Origin: a virus
Length of the DNA: 39,568 nt
Virus record (IMG/VR): IMGVR_UViG_3300045988_104095
Span: 1-39,568 of that record
Reading direction: 5' to 3' (one strand)
In this document: piece by piece, positions 15,888 through 22,320 of the stretch
How the letters are laid out: the number at the start of each line of letters is the position of its first letter
Position numbering within the stretch: position 1 is the stretch's first letter
Program-made: the position numbers and the translations under genes
Notes under the pieces: model-generated
Seen by the model: the letters and a program-made list of their open reading frames with translations, nothing else
Database searches by the model: none
Told to the model about the DNA's origin: nothing

Positions 15888-16065
15888 TAAAAAGAACCTC
15901 GGAGGCAGGCCGAGGCTTTATGAAGGCGGATCACGCAACGTCACGATCAGCCTGCCGGTCGGACTTGCGGCCCTCCTGAAGGAACTCGGAGGGTCGCACT
16001 GGATACGCGATCGCCTCAGGGAAGTTCAGAAGGCGGGCGAAAAGCCGAAAGATAAGGTACAATGA
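15877..16065 (+). CDS. Small DNA-binding protein (62 aa), possibly ribbon-helix-helix-like
   Basis: MDSNKKNLGGRPRLYEGGSRNVTISLPVGLAALLKELGG. GAGG lies 7 nt upstream. It overlaps the upstream stop by 11 nt. Confidence 0.5.
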   Translation: MDSNKKNLGGRPRLYEGGSRNVTISLPVGLAALLKELGGSHWIRDRLREVQKAGEKPKDKVQ

Positions 16066-16105
16066 CCCCCGCGAAAACAGTCTATGCGGTCGGTTTTCTG
16101 AAAAG

Positions 16106-16143
16106 CCTCGTGGTGATCTCCAGACGCCACGGGGTTTTTCTTT
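16106..16143. terminator. Hairpin terminator between the convergent plus and minus transcription units; probably bidirectional
   Basis: CCTCGTGG (16106-13), a 13-nt loop, then CCACGGGG (16127-34), then TTTTTCTTT. On the opposite strand the stem is followed by CTTTTC. Confidence 0.55.
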
Positions 16144-16241
16144 GCCTTTAACACCGCATGGCAAGCCTATGCCGGCGCTGGTTTGAAACGTTTTTTGTGC
16201 GCATTAAACACCGGGGGGAGTTGACGCTATTTTTTTGTGCG

Positions 16242-16688
16242 TCACGGTTTCAGGGCTTTGCGGACGGCGTTTCGGTCTGCGCTGAGGCCGCCGACCAGTC
16301 CGCCGCCTTCGATAAGTAGCTCCGCACCCTCTGCAAGTAAGCGTTTACAGTCTGCGACTTGTCGTTCACAAGAGAGGCAGGCACTACCGGCGCCGGGGGG
16401 CACTCCACCACTGCAGGCGCTTGCGGCACGGCGCAGGCGCTCAACATCGTCACGCATACCAGCGAGCTGAGAGCCAAGCGCATCAATCTCGGCCTGCTTC
16501 TTGTCGACTGCGTCGGCGAGCTTCTTCGCATTGTCAGCCTCCCTTTTCGTTAGCTTCGCTTGATACTCCTGAGCGGCCTGCGCGTAATCGGCTTTAAGGC
16601 GCTGGATGTCCGCAGTGCGCAGAGCGTCCGCAAAGGCGTATCCGGCGCCGAAGACGACCACGCCCGCAGCAAGGTAGAGCCATTTCAT
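16242..16688 (-). CDS. i-spanin (Rz-like)
   Basis: I prefer the start at 16688 (ATGA overlap with the upstream stop). It has an N-terminal TM helix (MKWLYLAAGVVVFGAGYAFA) followed by a charged coiled-coil region. The o-spanin is embedded within it. Confidence 0.75.
   Translation of the reverse strand: MKWLYLAAGVVVFGAGYAFADALRTADIQRLKADYAQAAQEYQAKLTKREADNAKKLADAVDKKQAEIDALGSQLAGMRDDVERLRRAASACSGGVPPGAGSACLSCERQVADCKRLLAEGAELLIEGGGLVGGLSADRNAVRKALKP
16250..16483 (-). CDS. o-spanin (Rz1-like lipoprotein) embedded out of frame in the i-spanin gene
   Basis: MRLALSSLVCVTMLSAC has the lipobox LSAC. The mature part is proline-rich (AVPQAPAVVECPPAPVVP). Confidence 0.75.
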   Translation of the reverse strand: MRLALSSLVCVTMLSACAVPQAPAVVECPPAPVVPASLVNDKSQTVNAYLQRVRSYLSKAADWSAASAQTETPSAKP

Positions 16689-16942
16689 CAGAAGAACAAG
16701 TGACCCAGCCCAAGGCCGATGAAGAAAGTCACGACCGACACGGTAGCCCAAAAGAGACGGCACTTGCGGCGCGTCTCTGTATCCATTTTGGCTTTTTCGG
16801 CCTTGAGTTTTTCGTAGGCGTCACGCGTGAGGTCTTCGGCCTTCACGCCGATTTTCTTAAGCCATTCTCGAAAGTCTTCGCTGTTCATCACATACTCCTT
16901 GAAAAATTTAAAAACGTATTTGATGATCTCTGCCTTGGTCAT
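16688..16942 (-). CDS. Small C-terminally anchored membrane protein in the lysis cassette (84 aa)
   Basis: A charged N-terminal part is followed by LFWATVSVVTFFIGLGLGHLFF. It has ATGA-type overlaps with the endolysin and spanin genes. Confidence 0.6.
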   Translation of the reverse strand: MTKAEIIKYVFKFFKEYVMNSEDFREWLKKIGVKAEDLTRDAYEKLKAEKAKMDTETRRKCRLFWATVSVVTFFIGLGLGHLFF

Positions 16943-17310
16943 TTTTTGCGGTTGTCCCAGCGCGCTTTGAAGCCCCGGGCGTCAACATGGACAAAGCTGT
17001 CATACAGCCCTACACCTCCGTCTGTGTTAAGGTCTAAACAGAGGTCTTGCAGTTCGGGCAGGTCTTCTTGATGCTCCGGACGGATATCAGCCGCGAGGCC
17101 CTGAACGTGGTAAGAGTTCTCCACGCCGCCAACGGCGCGATTGTGCTCAGGCGAGCGATAGGCGCTGTTGACAATGATCGGGCGGCCCCATACCGTCCGA
17201 ATTCGATTCAATAGAAAAAGCAGCTCCGATCTGACCTGTTGCTCCCCGAACGGAGAGCGCTGGCCGTCCTTGCTTGCAAGCTCTTTTGTGTCAAAGTATC
17301 CGATTTTCAT
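16939..17310 (-). CDS. Endolysin, peptidase M15 (VanY / M15_3-like)
   Basis: SAYRSPEHNRAVGGVENSYHVQGLAADI ... FVHVDARG, the H..D...H zinc-peptidase layout. The start could be 17310 or 17319. Confidence 0.85.
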   Translation of the reverse strand: MKIGYFDTKELASKDGQRSPFGEQQVRSELLFLLNRIRTVWGRPIIVNSAYRSPEHNRAVGGVENSYHVQGLAADIRPEHQEDLPELQDLCLDLNTDGGVGLYDSFVHVDARGFKARWDNRKK

Positions 17311-17788
17311 TTTTGCCATCCTTCGGCTTGTTGCCGATCTCATCAACGGTCTCATCTAACCGCGCATTGATCTGTTTGAGTGCCTTACGAAGGATTGCAG
17401 GAATGCACCCTCCGAGGTTCATGCGGTCAAGGTTCTCGATGATGCTCATGAACTCTGTGAAGCCGTAGGCCGCGATGACAATGCCTTGAAACACTGCGAG
17501 ATAGTTCAGCGTGTAGGAAAACTGCACATCAAGGCCGTGCGCGAAGCCTACGACAATAAATATCAGGCCCTTTTTCAAAAGCCCACGCGAGACGCATCGG
17601 CTTTCGAAGTCACGATTAACGAACGCGGCCGCCATGCCGGTCACGATGTCAGCGGCGATAAAGATCGCGAGCCAAATAATGAGCGGCTTTGTGTCGAGTC
17701 CGAAGAAAAACGAAAGGGCGCCGGTGAGGGCGCCCACTGCCGCGGCCACGATTTTCTCGGTGCCTTCCGGCAAGAAGTCAGTCGTCAT
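17291..17788 (-). CDS. Holin (Phage_holin_4_1-like)
   Basis: Several TM helices, with FIAADIVTGMAAAFVNRDFESRCVSRGLLKKG ... FTEFMSIIENLDRMN. I prefer ATG 17788, preceded by GGAGAGG. An upstream in-frame ATG at 17806 has no SD. Confidence 0.75.
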   Translation of the reverse strand: MTTDFLPEGTEKIVAAAVGALTGALSFFFGLDTKPLIIWLAIFIAADIVTGMAAAFVNRDFESRCVSRGLLKKGLIFIVVGFAHGLDVQFSYTLNYLAVFQGIVIAAYGFTEFMSIIENLDRMNLGGCIPAILRKALKQINARLDETVDEIGNKPKDGKNENRIL

Positions 17789-17809
17789 GTGCACCCTCTC
17801 CGGCATTGA

Positions 17810-18373
17810 TTACTTGTTTCGGCCTGAGCCTTTCATTGGGTGGAAATACACCCAGTGTTGACCGTAGACGTTACCGGGGACGGGATCACCCCAAATCTTC
17901 CAACCGGCGCCGATCCGAACGCACTTCCACACGCCAAAGATTCGGTAGTGCTTTACGTAGTAAAACTGCCAGCAGACAGGCTTTCCTGCCCGGTAGACTT
18001 TCCACCGGCACACGCCCGAAATGCCCGACGTGTCGCCGATTGCCGGATCGCCATAGACCCGCTTCACGTCTCCGGCCTGATGCTTAAATCCGATCACGTC
18101 AATGTTGAAGCCATAGCCGCAGTTTCGCCAAAGCCACGCTACCCGCCTGACGTATGTCGCCAGCGGGGCGGTTGATATGCCCCACCGCGCAAAGTGACCG
18201 GCGTCGCCGTCAATGGGGTTGTCCGGCGTCTGCCACCACCAAAGCCAAGACGGCAACCAGCCGTCTTTGTCGGCAAAGAGAACGACGAGCGGCGTTAGAA
18301 GACGTCCGAAAACGTCGAAGGCTATGGACGCTGGTAAATAACAAAGCCATCTCATGTACATGGCAACACCCAT
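17810..18373 (-). CDS. Hypothetical Trp-rich membrane-associated protein
   Basis: An N-terminal hydrophobic segment is followed by DGWLPSWLWWWQTPDNPIDGD. I prefer ATG 18373 because the first five ORF-track codons lie inside the terminator hairpin. Confidence 0.55.
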   Translation of the reverse strand: MGVAMYMRWLCYLPASIAFDVFGRLLTPLVVLFADKDGWLPSWLWWWQTPDNPIDGDAGHFARWGISTAPLATYVRRVAWLWRNCGYGFNIDVIGFKHQAGDVKRVYGDPAIGDTSGISGVCRWKVYRAGKPVCWQFYYVKHYRIFGVWKCVRIGAGWKIWGDPVPGNVYGQHWVYFHPMKGSGRNK

Positions 18374-18398
18374 AAAAAAGCCCCTCACGTGGAGGGGC
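18374..18398 (-). terminator. Strong intrinsic terminator abutting the next ATG
   Basis: The minus strand reads GCCCCTC-CACGT-GAGGGGC TTTTTT ATG. The stem is 18380-86 / 18392-98 and the T tract is 18374-79. Confidence 0.75.
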
Positions 18399-18466
18399 GT
18401 AGCAGTCAGGGTACAAAACGTACCCCAGCTGAGTGGTTAACAAAAAAGGGCGGCACCCACCTCCCT

Positions 18467-18496
18467 AAAACTTCCCCACTCTTTTCAGGGTGGGGA
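18467..18496 (-). terminator. Terminator-like hairpin downstream of the Kelch-like gene
   Basis: TCCCCAC (18473-79) pairs with GTGGGGA (18490-96) around a 10-nt loop. It is followed on the minus strand by AAGTTTT. Confidence 0.4.
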
Positions 18497-18505
18497 GATT
18501 GACTC

Positions 18506-19681
18506 TCAAACTACAGTGTAGGCGTCTACGATGGAAGAACGAGCAGGATTATCATCAGGGTCATAGTAGTGACCACCACCAAAAATCCCGTAATTCCCCA
18601 CCGTCGTCGCGGCTAAACCGTACCTACGTTGACTCAGACGCGTAGGGGTGCTACGAACTAATGTCGCACTATAGGCATCTACCATGTTTTGATCAGCGAC
18701 GCCGCCCGAATACAGGCCTCCGCCAAACAGTCCATAATTGCCTACTGTTGTTGCTGCTAACTCTCTTCTTTTGGTACCCAGGGCTGTAGGGGTGCTACGA
18801 ACTAATGTCGCACTATAGGCATCTACTGTGTCTGTCGAATTGGTCGACCCCTGCGCTAAGTCCATTTCCCCGCCGCCAAACAGTGCAAAATTTCCCACAG
18901 TAGTCGCGGCCGATAGATACCTAACATTTTTCATAGGCGTAGGAGTGCTTCGCACGAGAGATGTGGAGTATGCGTCTACCGAGCTTAGAAAATCTCCATA
19001 CGCATACCCACCGCCAAACAATCCATAATTTCCCACAGATGTAGCGGCTAATCCTTCCCTTACATGGCTTAACTCGGTAGGGGTGCTACGAACTAATGTC
19101 GCACTATAGGCGGATACATAGCTTAGGAATCCGCTGTCTCCATAGCCTCCGCCAAACAGCGCAAAATTTCCTACTGTAGTAGCCGCCAATGACCTTGAGT
19201 ATGTTATTAACTTTGCCGGATTGCTACGAACTAATGTCGTACTATAGGCATCTACTGTGTCTGATTGAGATCTATCCCCCCCACCTAATGATAAAACCCC
19301 CCCGCCAAACAGTCCATAATTGCCTACTGTTGTTGCTGCCATGTTATATTTTCTTTCTGTTAGCGCTGTCGGAGTGCTTCTCACTAAAGAAGCACTGTAT
19401 GCGTCTACCGTGTTCCTGAAATAGTAAGTCATGTAACCGCCACCGACAAACAGTCCATAATTGCCTACTGTTGTTGCTGCTAAGTCGCCCCGCGCTACGC
19501 TTAATGGCGTCGCTGTCCCATAGTACGATAGTTTCTGCTCCGCGGAGTAAAACAGCCGCGCTTTTCCACCCACACCAACGTAGGCTTTTTTAACTTTGCG
19601 CGCCTTGTTGGCGACCCCGGTGTAGATTTTTTTGACCTTGCGAGCCTTACCGGCCACGCCAACATAGCACGCTTTAGTCAT
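18506..19681 (-). CDS. Seven-blade Kelch-like beta-propeller protein with an N-terminal G-x-x-KARKVKK-x-Y repeat
   Basis: There are seven repeats of about 48-50 aa of the form LAATTVGN(Y/F)(G/A)LFGGG....VDAYS(A/T)(T/S)LVRSTPT.L. The N-terminus reads YVGVAGKARKVKKIYTGVANKARKVKKAYVGVGGKARLFY. Confidence 0.8.
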   Translation of the reverse strand: MTKACYVGVAGKARKVKKIYTGVANKARKVKKAYVGVGGKARLFYSAEQKLSYYGTATPLSVARGDLAATTVGNYGLFVGGGYMTYYFRNTVDAYSASLVRSTPTALTERKYNMAATTVGNYGLFGGGVLSLGGGDRSQSDTVDAYSTTLVRSNPAKLITYSRSLAATTVGNFALFGGGYGDSGFLSYVSAYSATLVRSTPTELSHVREGLAATSVGNYGLFGGGYAYGDFLSSVDAYSTSLVRSTPTPMKNVRYLSAATTVGNFALFGGGEMDLAQGSTNSTDTVDAYSATLVRSTPTALGTKRRELAATTVGNYGLFGGGLYSGGVADQNMVDAYSATLVRSTPTRLSQRRYGLAATTVGNYGIFGGGHYYDPDDNPARSSIVDAYTVV

Positions 19682-19682
19682 G

Positions 19683-19811
19683 TTAGTAGTCCTGCCCCGT
19701 GATTTCCTTAAACTGCTCTTTCGTGATGACGCCTTTTCTCACAGCGAGGCGCACCATCTGAGCCGTCCAAAGGCCTCTGTCAAAGTTCCGTTTTACAAGC
19801 TCGTAAGTCAT
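19683..19811 (-). CDS. xkdX: XkdX-family small protein (42 aa), below the ORF-track size cutoff
   Basis: Hand translation gives MTYELVKRNFDRGLWTAQMVRLAVRKGVITKEQFKEITGQDY. There is an ATGA overlap with the upstream gene, and TAACATG leads into the next gene. Confidence 0.7.
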   Translation of the reverse strand: MTYELVKRNFDRGLWTAQMVRLAVRKGVITKEQFKEITGQDY

Positions 19812-20149
19812 GCCACGTCTCCCATAGATGCAAGGTTCTGATATTCAAGTGCCGCCGCAATACGTTCTTCTGCCGACGGCGTCGTGTCCACTTTGGGTTC
19901 CGTGTTGATGATTTCTTCAATCTTCGCAAGAGCCTCAGATTCAGAGAGCGCCGCGTCGATCTTATACATCGTGCGCATCGCAGATAAATTCTGAAATGCC
20001 CACATCACCTCACCGTTTTCGTCCGTTTCAACGTAGTGCACGAATGCCAAAGCGGCGGGGAACTGTTCAAGAACTGCGTCCTTCGTCGCTAAGGCACCGT
20101 TGGGGAACATATATGTCTTTTCCCCGGTGTACTTTTCTACCTTCTTCAT
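19808..20149 (-). CDS. Hypothetical protein (113 aa), in the XkdW-like position
   Basis: ORF track. Directly precedes the XkdX-like gene. Confidence 0.6.
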   Translation of the reverse strand: MKKVEKYTGEKTYMFPNGALATKDAVLEQFPAALAFVHYVETDENGEVMWAFQNLSAMRTMYKIDAALSESEALAKIEEIINTEPKVDTTPSAEERIAAALEYQNLASMGDVA

Positions 20150-20160
20150 GTTTACTCCTT

Positions 20161-20502
20161 TTATTCGTAAACCAAATAAATCTCGCCAGTCGGTAATGGG
20201 GAAGTTCCTGCCGTCAGGTCAGTGGTGCCGCTCGTGGCCTTGACGTACCCCGAGTCATTTGTCAGCTGAGATGTCTTCGTCGGAATATCGCCCCTGAGGT
20301 TCGTGATGGCCGCCGCGCTGTCGTTCGCCTTCTTCTCGACTGCCGTCAGGCGCGTGCCCTGCGAAGTCACGTCAGCCGCAGAACCAGCGCCAATATTAGC
20401 GCGAGCTTGAGTTTGCTTTTCCTGACTCAATGTTTGCGGAATCACAGATAGTTTTGAATTAAAGGCCTCTCTCAATGCGGCCTGTACTGGTGTATCTGCC
20501 AT
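20161..20502 (-). CDS. Tail-fibre-like protein (113 aa)
   Basis: I prefer the start at 20502 (TAATG overlap). Motifs: QEKQTQARANIGAGS and SQLTNDSGY. Confidence 0.6.
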   Translation of the reverse strand: MADTPVQAALREAFNSKLSVIPQTLSQEKQTQARANIGAGSAADVTSQGTRLTAVEKKANDSAAAITNLRGDIPTKTSQLTNDSGYVKATSGTTDLTAGTSPLPTGEIYLVYE

Positions 20503-20696
20503 TAGTTTTCCTCGCTTAAATTGTTGACCTGCCTTGTTTGAGTTCCTGAAGCAATGTCGTTGCAAACGGCAATGATTTGCGATTCAAGCGAACTCAAATT
20601 GCTCGCATTGGTTTTCGTCTGGCTTTCAAGATTCGTCAGGCGCTGCTGAATGTTTGAGCCGATCTGGCTCATGTCAGGTAGTGTCGTTGCCATCAA
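20502..20696 (-). CDS. Small coiled-coil protein (64 aa)
   Basis: ORF track. Coupled on both sides. Confidence 0.5.
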   Translation of the reverse strand: MMATTLPDMSQIGSNIQQRLTNLESQTKTNASNLSSLESQIIAVCNDIASGTQTRQVNNLSEEN

Positions 20697-20956
20697 GCCG
20701 CTCCGGCGTTATACGCCTCACCAAAGGAGTAAAAGGCATTTAGTGCGTCGCTTGTCGTGTTCCCAAGATAATCTCGGTAATCGCGCGACGTTCCTTCGTA
20801 TCCGTTATAAAAAGCAATGAGCTGCTGGATTATTTCGGTTGCAGGAAGGTCGGTCTTCAACGCGAATTTCCCGTTGTTTTCGATGTCCTGAGCAATCTGA
20901 TCCTGCGCAATCTTGCGAGCGAGCGCGACAACACCACCGCTCATCGTTGTTGCCAT
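20693..20956 (-). CDS. Hypothetical protein (87 aa)
   Basis: ORF track, within the fibre module. Confidence 0.55.
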   Translation of the reverse strand: MATTMSGGVVALARKIAQDQIAQDIENNGKFALKTDLPATEIIQQLIAFYNGYEGTSRDYRDYLGNTTSDALNAFYSFGEAYNAGAA

Positions 20957-20968
20957 CGCTCACCTCCA

Positions 20969-21781
20969 TCAGGATGCGGTCGTGCCGTTACGGGCTGCTG
21001 TGTAAACGGCCACAAAGTCAGTCTGCGTGTCGCCAACATTCGCAGAGAGCGTGTTCACCGAGCTTTGCGCCGCGTCTGCAGAAGACTGTGCGGCGGTGGC
21101 CGCATTCTGGGCAGCCGTCGCAGTGCTCTGCGCCTTCTGCGCCGAAGAGGCCGCGCCATCAGCCGTCGTCTTGACTTCGTTAATCGCAGAAACCAAGTCC
21201 GTCTGCGTCGCCGTCTTCAGGCTGGTGAGAGTTCCGATAGATGCAGTGTTCTTACCGATGGAGGCGGTATTCTTGGAGACGGTGCCCGAAAGCGTCGTGA
21301 CCGTTCCCTGAAGCGTCGTCAAGTCGGATGCGGCGGCCGCCCCAATGTTCGTGCGTGCCTGAGCCTGCTGCTCTGCCGTCAGCTGCTGCGCCGCATCATA
21401 CTTGACGTGACCGGCCGCAATACTCTGAAGGGCGCTGATGGCGTCCTGATTGGTTTCGATAGCCGCAGCCAATTCCTGCAGCGTATCGAGCGCCGAGGGC
21501 GCGCCGTTAATTAGGGCGTTGATAGCCGAGGTAATGGCGGAGTTGATTTTCTCGCTCGACCACGTGGTCGTCGCGCCGGTTTCGCTGTCGTTGATCTGCG
21601 CGCCGAGATTTTTTTCGACCTGAGCAATTGCGGCCTTCAGGGAGTTGATTGCTACGACGAGCGAAGCTTTCTGATCGGTCGTCAGGTCGTCAAGGCTGCC
21701 GATATTGGCGAGAATGGTTTTAACGTCACTTCCGACCTGTGTAGCGAGTGCGCTGATTTGAGCGCTAAGAGTCGTTGCCAT
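20969..21781 (-). CDS. Ala/Thr-rich fibrous tail-fibre-like protein
   Basis: Low-complexity coiled-coil sequence containing the LTAEQQAQARTNIGAAAASD motif. Confidence 0.65.
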   Translation of the reverse strand: MATTLSAQISALATQVGSDVKTILANIGSLDDLTTDQKASLVVAINSLKAAIAQVEKNLGAQINDSETGATTTWSSEKINSAITSAINALINGAPSALDTLQELAAAIETNQDAISALQSIAAGHVKYDAAQQLTAEQQAQARTNIGAAAASDLTTLQGTVTTLSGTVSKNTASIGKNTASIGTLTSLKTATQTDLVSAINEVKTTADGAASSAQKAQSTATAAQNAATAAQSSADAAQSSVNTLSANVGDTQTDFVAVYTAARNGTTAS

Positions 21782-21980
21782 TTGGGAAATTTCCTCTTGC
21801 AGAAAGATAGATCTCTAAAGGGTCAACATCGAGCGGCTTGTCCGCTGATGATGCCCCTTGAATGCCCGGCACTAAAACTTTTACGACGGGCAGTTGTACC
21901 GGCTCAGGCACTTTCACCGACACCGGCTTTTCTAAAATTACCGTCACCGTGCACGGATTGTATGACGATTTTTCATACAC
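21765..21980 (-). CDS. Hypothetical protein (71 aa)
   Basis: ORF track. Overlaps both neighbours. Confidence 0.45.
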   Translation of the reverse strand: MYEKSSYNPCTVTVILEKPVSVKVPEPVQLPVVKVLVPGIQGASSADKPLDVDPLEIYLSARGNFPNGNDS

Positions 21981-22320
21981 GTGTAACCTCCGCAGAAACG
22001 ACGGCTTTACCCTGAACGATCCGGGTTATTTCGCCGCCTGAAGATGTAATCTCAAGATCGTAAACAAGCGTTTTCACGGGGTATTTTTCGGTAGATTCAT
22101 GCGGGAAACTGCAGGTTATTTTCCCGGCCGCCGCGTCAATCAAGATTCGCCCGTTGTCGGTCGTGAGCGTGTCCACCGCCTGCGCCGCCGTGACCAATAC
22201 CCTCAACTGCATGGCGGCCGTATAGCCGCTTAGATTGATCGGCGTTTCGTCACCGTTTTGAAGGACGAAAGGCAGGGTCAAGTCCGTGCCCTGAGGGATG
22301 CAAAAGTTGTAGACAATCAC
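21973..22320 (-). CDS. Small beta-rich protein (115 aa), possibly a BppU_N/Ig-like fibre accessory
   Basis: IPQGTDLTLPFVLQNGDETPINLSGYTAAMQL pattern. ATGA overlap with the upstream gene. Confidence 0.5.
   Translation of the reverse strand: MIVYNFCIPQGTDLTLPFVLQNGDETPINLSGYTAAMQLRVLVTAAQAVDTLTTDNGRILIDAAAGKITCSFPHESTEKYPVKTLVYDLEITSSGGEITRIVQGKAVVSAEVTRV

Noticed and set aside
16144-16241. A possible attP or cos site in the convergent intergenic gap
   Set aside because: It contains only short T-rich direct repeats and a weak 5-bp hairpin. There is no adjacent integrase and no recognisable cos or terminase-binding architecture, so it cannot be supported from sequence alone.
17788-17806. A dual-start holin/antiholin motif (MPERVHM...)
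   Set aside because: The upstream ATG at 17806 has no SD, and the six-residue extension carries no net positive charge. The evidence is too weak to call an antiholin isoform.
18506-19681. The repeat-rich Kelch-like gene as a diversity-generating retroelement target
   Set aside because: There is no reverse transcriptase, no template-repeat copy outside the gene, and no adenine-specific mismatch pattern between the repeats.
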